DNA from: Clostridia bacterium
Lineage (GTDB): Bacteria > Bacillota > Clostridia > UMGS1883
Reading direction: 5' to 3'
Assembly (NCBI GenBank): GCA_045594665.1
Contig: JAZNYX010000053.1
Location: 71,833 to 135,832, forward strand
DNA length: 64,000 nt
The notes under the pieces were generated by a model, which saw only the letters and a program-made list of their open reading frames with translations, did no database searches and was not told the DNA's origin. Positions within the stretch are counted from its first letter, which is position 1. Each line of letters opens with the position of its first letter. This document shows positions 50,251 to 59,523 of the stretch, one piece after another. The position numbers and the translations under genes are program-made.

Positions 50251-51687
50251 ATGAAGGTTTTATTTGCCACAAGCGAATGTGTACCCTTTGTTAAAACGGG
50301 CGGACTTGCCGACGTTGTAGGGGCACTTCCGGCTGAGCTTTGTGCCCAGGGGTGCGAGGCAAGGGTAATTCTCCCCAAATATGGGAAGATTGCTCAGAAA
50401 TACAAGGATGAAATGCGTTATATAAGCAACATCTATATAAAAATGGGTTGGCGTAGTCAGTACTGTGGAGTGTTTGAGCTTAAAATAGGGGAGGTTATCT
50501 ATTATTTTGTGGATAACGAATTCTATTTTGGCTCCGACACTATTTACGGAGAGATGGCAGAGGATATAGAACGCTTTGCGTTTTTTGACAAAGCCGTGCT
50601 TGCTCTTTTGCAGGTGATAGATTACTGGCCCGAGGTTATTCATTGCAACGACTGGCAGACAGGTATGATACCCGTGCTTCTTCGTGCACATTATAACTGT
50701 GATGAGCGTTATAACAGAATTAAAACTGTTATGACGATTCACAACCTCAAATTCCAGGGCGTGTACGACAAAAAAACAATTGCCGATGTTTGTGAGCTTC
50801 CCGACAGCTATTTCACAGAAGATAAGCTGGAATTTTATAAGGATGCAAGCTTTCTTAAGGGCGGATTGGTATATGCCGACTTTATTACCACTGTGAGCAA
50901 GACCTATTCCAGAGAGATTATGACAGACTATTTTGGGGAGAATCTTAACGGGCTTCTTAGTGCAAGGAGTGCCAGTGTAACAGGTATAATAAACGGCATA
51001 AATTACGATGAATGGAACAGTGCCAAGGACACATTTATCGAGCATAATTACGATGCCCGCAATGTTGTTTCAAAGAAAAAGGCAAATAAGCTTGCACTTC
51101 AGAAGCAGTTTGGTCTTGAAGAAAATCCCGATAAATTCTTAGTAGGTATGGTAACAAGGCTTACGGGGCAAAAGGGACTTGACCTTGTAGAATGTGTTAT
51201 GGATAGCATATTTGAAAACGGCGATGTTCAGATGATAGTTTTAGGAACAGGCGAGGGACAGTATGAAAATATGCTCCGTCATTTTGAATGGAAGTATAAA
51301 GGAACGTTGGCATCTCTCATTATGTTTGACAATGCGGTAAGCCATAAGATATACGCAGGCTGTGATGCATTTTTGATGCCGTCGCTCTTTGAACCCTGCG
51401 GTCTCAGTCAGATGATTTCCATGCGTTACGGAACACTTCCCATCGTTCGTGAGACGGGCGGACTTCGTGACAGCGTGGAGCCATATAACGAATATGAGAA
51501 CACGGGAACGGGCTTCAGTTTCGCAAATTATAATGCACATGAGATGCTTGGAATCTTAAATTATGCAAAGACAACATACTATAATAATAAGAAATCATGG
51601 CAATCTATGGTAAAAAGAGCAATGAAAGCTGATTTTTCATGGAGAAATTCAGCAAAAGAATACATTGACGTATACGAAAGATTGTAG
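50251..51687 (+). CDS. glgA: Glycogen synthase
   Basis: KTGGLADV, HCNDWQT, MPSLFEPCGLSQ. Confidence 0.96.
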   Translation: MKVLFATSECVPFVKTGGLADVVGALPAELCAQGCEARVILPKYGKIAQKYKDEMRYISNIYIKMGWRSQYCGVFELKIGEVIYYFVDNEFYFGSDTIYGEMAEDIERFAFFDKAVLALLQVIDYWPEVIHCNDWQTGMIPVLLRAHYNCDERYNRIKTVMTIHNLKFQGVYDKKTIADVCELPDSYFTEDKLEFYKDASFLKGGLVYADFITTVSKTYSREIMTDYFGENLNGLLSARSASVTGIINGINYDEWNSAKDTFIEHNYDARNVVSKKKANKLALQKQFGLEENPDKFLVGMVTRLTGQKGLDLVECVMDSIFENGDVQMIVLGTGEGQYENMLRHFEWKYKGTLASLIMFDNAVSHKIYAGCDAFLMPSLFEPCGLSQMISMRYGTLPIVRETGGLRDSVEPYNEYENTGTGFSFANYNAHEMLGILNYAKTTYYNNKKSWQSMVKRAMKADFSWRNSAKEYIDVYERL

Positions 51688-51754
51688 TATAATAGACAGG
51701 TATAGAGTAAAAAATACTCTATACCTGTTTAATTTTAATAAGGAGTTGTATATA

Positions 51755-54211
51755 TTGGCAACAGTAAAACTTACTGCAAATCAGCAGCAAATTAAAGAAG
51801 AAATCCTCGGTAAGCTTAGCCGTCACTACGGCAGAACTTTAGAGGATGCAACAAAATCACACATTTATAAAGCGGCGGCGCTTACCGTCCGCGACAAAAT
51901 CATGCAGCAGTGGACAGCATATCGCCGTCAGCAGAGAACCGCTCAGAAAAAGGAGCTTTTCTATCTTTCCTTTGAATTTCTTATGGGTCGTTCCTTCGGT
52001 AACAACCTTCTTAATATAGGTCTTACAAATGATTATGACAAGGTACTTAAATCCATGGGATGCAGTCTTGAGGAAGTAGCCTCAATGGAAAATGATGCAG
52101 GTCTCGGTAACGGAGGCTTGGGCAGACTTGCCGCATGCTTCCTTGATTCTCTTGCAACACTGGAGCTTCCCTCATTCGGATGCTCAATCCGTTACGAGTA
52201 CGGTCTTTTCAAGCAGCTTATAGTAGACGGTGAACAGGTTGAAACTCCCGATAACTGGCTTCACGACGGAAGCGTTTGGGAGATTCCCAGACCCGAAGAA
52301 AAGGTGACTGTTCGTTTCGGAGGAAATGTAAGCACCGAAATGACGGAAAGCGGTCTTAAAGTAAACTATACCGATACCACAAACGTTGTAGGTATTCCTT
52401 ATGATGTTCCCATTGTGGGCTATGATGCAAAGATTGTAAACACTCTCCGTCTTTGGTCTGCAAGGGCAGAGCGTGACCTTGATATGTCAAGCTTCTCAGG
52501 CGGTGACTATTTAAGAGCAGTGGAAGAAAAGGCACTTGCCGAAGTTTTAAGTAAGGTTCTTTATCCCGAAGATAATCATCAGGAGGGTAAGGCACTTCGC
52601 CTTCGTCAGCAGTATTTCTTCGTGTCCTGTACCATTCAGTGGATTATTTCCAGATTTAAGCGTCATCACAAGGGAATGGATCTTGACAGACTTCCCGAAT
52701 ATATTGCAATTCACATTAATGATACACATCCCGCAATTGCAATTCCCGAGCTTATGCGTGTCCTTATGGATGAAGAAGGAATGGGCTGGGAACAGGCTTG
52801 GGATATTGTACAGCGTGTATTTGCGTATACAAATCACACAATCCTTGCCGAGGCTCTTGAAAAGTGGCCCATGGATATGTTCCAGAGACTTCTTCCCAGA
52901 ATTTACATGATTGTTGATGAAATGAACCGCAGACTGGTTAATGACCTTCAAGCTCGCTACGGTGACGACTGGGGCAAAATCAACTATATGTCAATCATTG
53001 CGCATAACTATATCAATATGGCAAATATGTGTCTTGCAACCTGCCATAAAGTAAACGGCGTGTCCGGGCTTCATACGGATATCCTCCGTAACGATGTATT
53101 CCGTGATTATAATAACCTCACGCCCGATAAATTCGTTTCAATTACCAACGGTATCACATACCGCCGTTGGCTCAGACTTGCAAATCCCGAGCTTAGTGAG
53201 CTTATTACTTCTAAAATCGGCAAGGGCTGGGTAAAGGATGTTTCCAAGCTTGAAAAGCTCCTTCCTTATGCAGATGACGCTGAGTTCCGTCAGCAGTTTA
53301 AGGCAGTTAAGCTTAAGAAAAAGCAGGAGCTTGCTGCGTATATTAAAGAGCATAACGGAATCGATGTTGACCCCAATAGTATATTTGACGTTCAGGTAAA
53401 GAGATTGCACGAATACAAGCGTCAGCTTCTTAACGTGCTTCATATTCTTTATCTCTATGACAAGCTTAAGACGGATAAGACCTTTGATATGTATCCGCAC
53501 ACCTTTATCTTCGGAGCAAAGGCTTCTCCCGGATATGCTCGTGCAAAGCTCATTATAAAGCTTATCAACGACGTTGCAAAGCTTGTTAATAATGACCCTG
53601 CCGTAAACGGTAGACTTAAGGTTGTATTTATTGAAAACTACGGCGTAAGCCTTGCACAGAAAATCATTCCTGCGGCAGAAATCAGTGAGCAGATTTCAAC
53701 AGCAGGTAAGGAGGCAAGCGGTACGGGCAACATGAAGTTTATGGCAAACGGTGCTCTTACAATCGGTACGCTTGACGGTGCAAACGTGGAAATGCGTGAG
53801 TGCGTGGGCGATGATAATATCTTTATCTTCGGTATGAAAACCCCCGAAGTCAACCGTGAGCTTCAGTACAACGAAAATTCCAGTCAGAACATCTACACCT
53901 CAAACGCTCAGATTCGCAGAGTGCTTGATATGCTTATTGACGGAACTGTATGCCCGAGTGATCCAAAAAAATATCAGGACCTTTATCAGACCTTGATTTT
54001 TGGCGATCACGGCAGAGCGGACGTTTATATGGTAGTGCGTGACTTTGAGGCGTACTGCGAAATTCACCGCATAGCTGACAGGGAATACCGCAACGAAGAT
54101 GTATGGCTTAAAAAGGCTATCATCAATGTGGCTATGAGCGGATTCTTCTCCAGCGACAGAACCATTAACGAGTATAACGACAAAATTTGGAATCTGGAAA
54201 AATATAAATAA
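51755..54211 (+). CDS. glgP: Glycogen/alpha-glucan phosphorylase
   Basis: GLGNGGLGRLAACF, KRLHEYKRQ, EASGTGNMK; TTG start after AAGGAG. Confidence 0.95.
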   Translation: MATVKLTANQQQIKEEILGKLSRHYGRTLEDATKSHIYKAAALTVRDKIMQQWTAYRRQQRTAQKKELFYLSFEFLMGRSFGNNLLNIGLTNDYDKVLKSMGCSLEEVASMENDAGLGNGGLGRLAACFLDSLATLELPSFGCSIRYEYGLFKQLIVDGEQVETPDNWLHDGSVWEIPRPEEKVTVRFGGNVSTEMTESGLKVNYTDTTNVVGIPYDVPIVGYDAKIVNTLRLWSARAERDLDMSSFSGGDYLRAVEEKALAEVLSKVLYPEDNHQEGKALRLRQQYFFVSCTIQWIISRFKRHHKGMDLDRLPEYIAIHINDTHPAIAIPELMRVLMDEEGMGWEQAWDIVQRVFAYTNHTILAEALEKWPMDMFQRLLPRIYMIVDEMNRRLVNDLQARYGDDWGKINYMSIIAHNYINMANMCLATCHKVNGVSGLHTDILRNDVFRDYNNLTPDKFVSITNGITYRRWLRLANPELSELITSKIGKGWVKDVSKLEKLLPYADDAEFRQQFKAVKLKKKQELAAYIKEHNGIDVDPNSIFDVQVKRLHEYKRQLLNVLHILYLYDKLKTDKTFDMYPHTFIFGAKASPGYARAKLIIKLINDVAKLVNNDPAVNGRLKVVFIENYGVSLAQKIIPAAEISEQISTAGKEASGTGNMKFMANGALTIGTLDGANVEMRECVGDDNIFIFGMKTPEVNRELQYNENSSQNIYTSNAQIRRVLDMLIDGTVCPSDPKKYQDLYQTLIFGDHGRADVYMVVRDFEAYCEIHRIADREYRNEDVWLKKAIINVAMSGFFSSDRTINEYNDKIWNLEKYK

Positions 54212-54231
54212 CAATTAAAAAACATTAAAAT

Positions 54232-54258
54232 GTAGGGGGCATTCACGAATGCCCCTAC
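54232..54258. repeat. GTAG-type REP palindrome
   Basis: GTAGGGGGCATTC-ac-GAATGCCCCTAC. Confidence 0.65.
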
Positions 54259-54282
54259 AAAGGAACTATAATTTGAACAACA

Positions 54283-54395
54283 CAGCAAAGTAGAAGTTAC
54301 TGCGTTAAGTGTATGGGGGACGGGAAGTTGCCCCTATAACGAAAAAAAGCGAATTAAATTGCTTTTTGCGGTAGTAATTTCGCATTCCGTTGCTG
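54283..54395 (+). ncRNA. THF riboswitch
   Basis: AGTAG..TGCGTTAAGTG..GGACGGGAAGTTGCC..AACGAAA..TTGCGGT..TCGCATTCCG upstream of folT-folC. Confidence 0.9.
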
Positions 54396-54449
54396 CTCTA
54401 AGATTCTAAGAACCTTTCTGCAGCATGCTGCAGAAAGGTTTTGATTTTT

Positions 54450-54977
54450 TTGAAACAAAGAATTTCAACAAAGAAAATGTGCATATTGGGGCTTTTGACG
54501 GCTATAACCGTTATCCTTGGGGTTTTTGCCACTTTCAGAGTGGGCAGTCTCATTAAAGTTCCAATGAAATTTATAACTGTTTTCATTGTAGGCGTGATTT
54601 ACGGACCGCTGTCATCGGGAGTTGTTGCGGCAACCGCTGACTTTATAGAAGCACTAAGAATAGGCGTAAATCCTCTCATCACATTAGTGGAATTTGTGTG
54701 CGGATTTATTTTCGGAGCTTGCTTTTTTAGAGTAAAGGATAATCATGGCTATTATATACGTGCACTTATCTGTGCGTTTTTGCAGTTTCTCATAAGCTTT
54801 ACGATAATGTCGGAAATACTGACTGCCATGGGAATTTATGCAAGCTTTAGAAGTGCAGTGTGGATGAGGCTTCCTGCAATGATTATTCTTTTTGCTCTGC
54901 ATATGCTTGTCATGTGCGGTGGACGAAAGCTTGTTTTCAGACTTAAAAAATTTGTTTTGGAGAGTGAAGCTCAATGA
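54450..54977 (+). CDS. folT: Folate ECF transporter S component
   Basis: Multi-TM S component with YGP motif behind a THF riboswitch; TTG start at 54450 fits the AGAAAGG SD spacing. Confidence 0.82.
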   Translation: MKQRISTKKMCILGLLTAITVILGVFATFRVGSLIKVPMKFITVFIVGVIYGPLSSGVVAATADFIEALRIGVNPLITLVEFVCGFIFGACFFRVKDNHGYYIRALICAFLQFLISFTIMSEILTAMGIYASFRSAVWMRLPAMIILFALHMLVMCGGRKLVFRLKKFVLESEAQ

Positions 54978-56233
54978 GTGATTTTAAAACATACGCCAAC
55001 AGCTTTCAGGCGAAAAGTCGTCTTGGGCTTGAATCCATCGGGGCTTTGTGTGAAAAGTCCGGAAATCCTCAGAATGAATTAAAGTTTGTTCACGTAGCAG
55101 GCACAAACGGCAAAGGCTCAAGTTGTGCCTTTCTCCAATGTATTTTAAGCGAAAGCGGACTTAAATGCGGAAAATTCATATCTCCCAATATGATTGATGT
55201 TCGTGAAAGAATCAGCATTGACGGCAGAAATATTTCTTCCGAAGAAATGGACCTGCTTTTAGCTCAGGTTGAAAAGTACGCCAAAGAAGTAGAACGGGAA
55301 AAGGGGGCTATGCCCACTCAGTTTGAAATATGGACTGCAGCGGCATTTATTTACTTTGCAAAAGAAAAATGTGACATCGTAGTGCTTGAAACAGGCCTGG
55401 GCGGAAGATTAGATGCAACAAATATTATAGATGCACCGCTACTGGGCATTATAACGAAAATCGATATTGACCATATCGAATACCTGGGAGGTACTATAGA
55501 AAAAATTGCCGCCGAAAAAGCAGGGATTATAAAAAAGGGAACAACTGTAATAACTACCCCCAATCAGCCGAAAGAGGCACTTTCGGTGCTGGAGCAAACC
55601 GCGAAGCAGCAGGGAGCAGAATTTATTTTATCACCGGAATGTATAAACCATCCGCCCCAAGGAATGAGCGAAATTTTTGATTTAGGAGAGCTTAAAAACC
55701 TCAAAATTAATCTTTCGGGAATCCACCAGACTGAAAATGCCTCACTTGCGGTAAAGGCGGCACAGCTTCTTAATATTGAAGAAAAATACATACGAATCGG
55801 TCTTGAAAAGGCTCGGAATATCGGAAGATTTGAAAAAATTTCGGAAAATCCTCTCGTTATTTTTGACGGAGCACATAATCTTAGCGGAACCGAGGCTCTT
55901 ACAAATGCCGTAAACAGGTATTTTCCAAAGGAAAGGATTTCAATTATATATGCGGCAATGGCAGATAAGGATATTGATGCCTCGCTTTGCCATTTAAAGG
56001 AAAACGGATTTTGCTCTCGCGTGAAGATATTCACTGTCCCCGTAAAGGATAATCCACGTGCGGCACTTCCCGAAACTCTCGCGGAAAAATTCAAAGAATT
56101 TGGTTTTGATACAAGCCCTGTTAAAACCATAGGTGAGGCATTTAGGGCAGCGGTAAAAGAAAATCCCGTCACCCTTATTTGCGGCTCGCTTTATCTTTAC
56201 AAAGACCTTATGGAATATTTAAAAAATCTATAA
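54974..56233 (+). CDS. folC: Folylpolyglutamate synthase/dihydrofolate synthase
   Basis: HVAGTNGKGS, ETGLGGRLDATN, DGAHN, GSLYL. Confidence 0.95.
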   Translation: MSDFKTYANSFQAKSRLGLESIGALCEKSGNPQNELKFVHVAGTNGKGSSCAFLQCILSESGLKCGKFISPNMIDVRERISIDGRNISSEEMDLLLAQVEKYAKEVEREKGAMPTQFEIWTAAAFIYFAKEKCDIVVLETGLGGRLDATNIIDAPLLGIITKIDIDHIEYLGGTIEKIAAEKAGIIKKGTTVITTPNQPKEALSVLEQTAKQQGAEFILSPECINHPPQGMSEIFDLGELKNLKINLSGIHQTENASLAVKAAQLLNIEEKYIRIGLEKARNIGRFEKISENPLVIFDGAHNLSGTEALTNAVNRYFPKERISIIYAAMADKDIDASLCHLKENGFCSRVKIFTVPVKDNPRAALPETLAEKFKEFGFDTSPVKTIGEAFRAAVKENPVTLICGSLYLYKDLMEYLKNL

Positions 56234-56308
56234 TACAAGAAAATACTTGAATAAGCTTCAATTTTATGGTAAAATGAAAATAATTTTTAATTAAAGGAGT
56301 AGATTTTA

Positions 56309-57796
56309 ATGACAGAAGTTTTGGCTTTTGTACTTTATTTCGTTGTTGTTCTGACAATCGGTCTGTACTTCTTCTTTAAGTCGAAGGGGAATAGTGAAAA
56401 GGATTATTTCCTCGGCGGAAGACAGATGGGACCTTGGGTAACGGCAATGAGTGCCCAGGCATCGGATATGAGTGCATGGCTTCTTATGGGATTACCCGGA
56501 AGTATTCTTGCATTCGGTTTGGGTCAGGCATGGATTGGTATCGGTCTTGCAATTGGTACTGCTCTTAACTGGATTTTCGTGGCAAAGCGTCTTAGAAAGT
56601 TCTCAAAGGCTTCAGGGGATTCCATCACTCTTCCCCAGTACCTTTCAAACCGTTTTGCAACAGCAAATCCCGCACTTAAGATTATTTGTGCAATAGTGTT
56701 CATGGTTAGTTTTACACTTTATGTTGCATCGGCATTTTCAGCAGGATCAAAGGTGTTCGGCGACTTGTTCCCTAAATTGGGTGAAGAACGTGCCATGATT
56801 ATATTTGCTGTAATCATCCTTGTCTACACTTTCCTCGGCGGATATAAGGCTGTCTGCTGGACGGACTTTTTCCAGGGACTTTTAATGCTTGCAGCTCTTA
56901 TTGCAGTTCCTATTGTGGTTTATCTCACTCAAAATCTTGATGCTGCGGCACTTAAAGATATTAATGTGAATGGTACTACATATTCCTTTGGGGCAAATCT
57001 GTTTGGTGCAAGCTGGAAGGAAATAGTTTCAGGCCTCGGTTGGGGACTTGGGTATTTTGGTATGCCTCACATTCTTGTTCGTTTTATGGGTATTGAAAAA
57101 CCCAGCATGGTGAAAAAGAGTGCTACAGTTGCAATTGTTTGGGTTGTAATTTCCCTTTTTGCGGCAATTCTCATTGCATACCTTGGAAGAATGGTAGTAG
57201 GTGCAGAGCTTTTGGCAAAGGGTGCGCAGGAGCTTGTGTTTGTAACGTTGGCAAGAAGGCTTTTCCCCGGATTTATTGCAGGAATTCTCCTTGCGGCAAT
57301 TATTGCGGCATCAATGTCCACTGCTGATTCTCAGCTTCTTGTTGCATCATCATCGTTCACAAGCGATATTTATAAACCTATCATAAGAAAAAAAGCCTCC
57401 GAAAAGGAAATCCTTTGGGTAGGCAGACTTGTGGTTGTTATCGTTGCTGTTATCGCATATTTTATTGCAAGCAGTAAGGGTAAAGGTGCACAGGCGGTAA
57501 TGGATATGGTTTCAAATGCATGGGCACTTTTCGGCGGCGCTTTCGGACCTGTAGTTCTCCTGTCTCTTTTCTGGAAACGTTTCACATATCCCGGTGCAAT
57601 TGCAGGTATCGTTGCAGGTGCTGTTACAGACATCCTTTGGTATATGTATATGGCATCTACAGGCGTGTATGAAATTGTTCCTGCCTTTATCGTAGGCACC
57701 GTGGTTTGCGTTATTGTTACGCTTATGACCAAAAAGCCCTCCGCGGAAGTAGAAGCAATCTTTGAAAGAGCAACTGATAACTCAATAGATGACTAA
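56309..57796 (+). CDS. putP: Sodium/proline symporter (SSS family)
   Basis: SAQASDMSAWLLMGLPG, GYFGMPHILVRFM, MSTADSQLL. Confidence 0.88.
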   Translation: MTEVLAFVLYFVVVLTIGLYFFFKSKGNSEKDYFLGGRQMGPWVTAMSAQASDMSAWLLMGLPGSILAFGLGQAWIGIGLAIGTALNWIFVAKRLRKFSKASGDSITLPQYLSNRFATANPALKIICAIVFMVSFTLYVASAFSAGSKVFGDLFPKLGEERAMIIFAVIILVYTFLGGYKAVCWTDFFQGLLMLAALIAVPIVVYLTQNLDAAALKDINVNGTTYSFGANLFGASWKEIVSGLGWGLGYFGMPHILVRFMGIEKPSMVKKSATVAIVWVVISLFAAILIAYLGRMVVGAELLAKGAQELVFVTLARRLFPGFIAGILLAAIIAASMSTADSQLLVASSSFTSDIYKPIIRKKASEKEILWVGRLVVVIVAVIAYFIASSKGKGAQAVMDMVSNAWALFGGAFGPVVLLSLFWKRFTYPGAIAGIVAGAVTDILWYMYMASTGVYEIVPAFIVGTVVCVIVTLMTKKPSAEVEAIFERATDNSIDD

Positions 57797-57806
57797 GTAA
57801 AACAAC

Positions 57807-57839
57807 AACAGCCCGGAACCAATCGGTTCCGGGCTGTTT
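57807..57839 (+). terminator. Intrinsic terminator
   Basis: ACAGCCCGGAACC-aatc-GGTTCCGGGCTGT. Confidence 0.8.
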
Positions 57840-57924
57840 GAACGCTTAGATTGATTTTATTGACGGACGATGAATTTTGTGATATAATATTAATATCGAA
57901 AACAAACGGCAAGGGAGGTTTATT

Positions 57925-58530
57925 ATGGCTTTGGAGAATAAACTTAATATAACAGATTCATCTGAGCTTGCACGTGAAGAAGAAAAAATCAGCAAGAAAA
58001 AGGCAATGATGCTTTATGATAAAGGGTTGCTTGACACTTTAGAAGCAGGTAAGTTTTCTGCACTCAGTTTTATACACAAATACTTGTTTGACGAAATATA
58101 TGATTTTGCAGGGAAACTAAGGGAGGTTAACATTGCAAAGGGAGGCTTTCGCTTTGCTCCCGTTATGTATCTTGATTCCGCATTAAAGCACGTCAGCAAT
58201 ATGCCACAGACAACATTTGATGAAATTATCGAAAAGTATGTGGAAATGAATATTGCCCACCCGTTTCGAGAGGGAAACGGACGAGCAACACGCATTTGGT
58301 TAGATTTAATCTTGAAAAAGGAACTCGGACAGGTGATTGACTGGAGCAGAGTTTCAAAGGAGGATTATTTACTTGCCATGGAGCGTAGCCCTATAAAGGA
58401 TATTGAAATAAAGCATATTCTGAAAAATGCTTTAACGGATAAAATCAACGACAGAGAACTTTACATGAAAGGCATCGACAACAGTTATCACTATGAGGGA
58501 TATACTGCATTTAAAACAAACGAACTTTGA
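57925..58530 (+). CDS. fic: Fic-domain protein (class III)
   Basis: HPFREGNGRATR catalytic motif; C-terminal SYHYEG inhibitory helix motif. Confidence 0.9.
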   Translation: MALENKLNITDSSELAREEEKISKKKAMMLYDKGLLDTLEAGKFSALSFIHKYLFDEIYDFAGKLREVNIAKGGFRFAPVMYLDSALKHVSNMPQTTFDEIIEKYVEMNIAHPFREGNGRATRIWLDLILKKELGQVIDWSRVSKEDYLLAMERSPIKDIEIKHILKNALTDKINDRELYMKGIDNSYHYEGYTAFKTNEL

Positions 58531-58547
58531 AAATTGATAAAACAAAT

Positions 58548-58591
58548 AAAAACTGTTTGGAGCAAATAAAGAGTGTTCCAAACAGTTTTGT
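58548..58591 (+). terminator. Intrinsic terminator
   Basis: AAAACTGTTTGGA/TCCAAACAGTTTT. Confidence 0.7.
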
Positions 58592-58620
58592 TATCAGACT
58601 AAAATTTGCATCTAAATATA

Positions 58621-58649
58621 TTGATTCTTTAAAAGAAAAGTGCTATACT
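58621..58649 (+). promoter_or_regulatory. sigma-A promoter with extended -10
   Basis: TTGATT-17-TATACT with TG extension. Confidence 0.7.
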
Positions 58650-58655
58650 AAGTAT

Positions 58656-58849
58656 GCTACACTCTTAATAAAATAGGTTAAGTGTATAAACTTGTATAAT
58701 TTTAATTCCGAGAAGGTACGCTATCGGTAAAAGCGTACTCTCTGACTGCTTCTCGGAAACGATGCAAGTTATAAGAGTGTAGCAACCTTATTGTCAGAGC
58801 CGTGCGTTTTTCGGTGCATAGCTCTGGAATAGGAGTTATGCACTTTTTT
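58656..58849 (+). ncRNA. Unassigned structured RNA, copy B
   Basis: Rod GCTACACTCTTA/TAAGAGTGTAGC with nested AACTTGTAT/ATGCAAGTT, TTCCGAGAAG/CTTCTCGGAA, GTACGCT/AGCGTAC; motif TGCGTTTTTCGGTGCAT; terminator 58814-58849. Confidence 0.7.
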
Positions 58850-58876
58850 ATTTTATATTATAGGAGAGATATCGTT

Positions 58877-59497
58877 ATGAAAAAAATTATTGGTTTATTA
58901 CTCGTGTCTTGCTTAATGCTTTCTGTCGGCATCACAACTTTTGCAAGTGATACAATTTATGTGACCCTTGACGGAAGTTACATAGAATTTGATGTAAGAC
59001 CTCAAATTATCAATGGTAGGACAATGGTTCCTATTAGAGCGATTTTTGAAAAAATGGGTGCGACAGTTGAATGGGATAGTAGTACAAGTTCCGCTATTTG
59101 TACAAATGGTGATACTGTCGTGAAAATGACAGTTAACAGCATGGATATGTATATCAACAATCAGGTAACAAAAATGGATATTTCTCCGGTTGTTATTGAT
59201 GGTAGAACACTTGCTCCTGCAAGATATGTTGCAGAGGCGTTTGGTGCAGACGTGCAGTGGGACCAAGACAGTAGTACAGTAATTATCCATTCGCATGCAA
59301 AAAATAATAATTCAACAACAAACATTAACTTAAATCAAGCAATACCCACAGATAATCAAGAAGAAACTGTTTATATAGGGGAAACAGGAAGTAAGTATCA
59401 TTATAAAACTTGTCGTACATTAAAAAATGGTGCATTTCCTATATCCCTTGATGAAGCATTAGCGCAGGGAAGAACTGCATGTAAGATCTGTCATTGA
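58877..59497 (+). CDS. Secreted copper amine oxidase N-terminal (stalk) domain protein with C-terminal Cys/His module
   Basis: Signal peptide; GRTMVPIRAIFEKMGATVEWD; tail VYIGETGSKYH..C..CKIC. Confidence 0.8.
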   Translation: MKKIIGLLLVSCLMLSVGITTFASDTIYVTLDGSYIEFDVRPQIINGRTMVPIRAIFEKMGATVEWDSSTSSAICTNGDTVVKMTVNSMDMYINNQVTKMDISPVVIDGRTLAPARYVAEAFGADVQWDQDSSTVIIHSHAKNNNSTTNINLNQAIPTDNQEETVYIGETGSKYHYKTCRTLKNGAFPISLDEALAQGRTACKICH

Positions 59498-59523
59498 TAC
59501 GTATAAGTTATAGGTGATTATAT

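Noticed and set aside
54311-54338. GTATGGGGG..CCCCTATA as another REP
   Set aside because: It is a stem within the THF riboswitch aptamer
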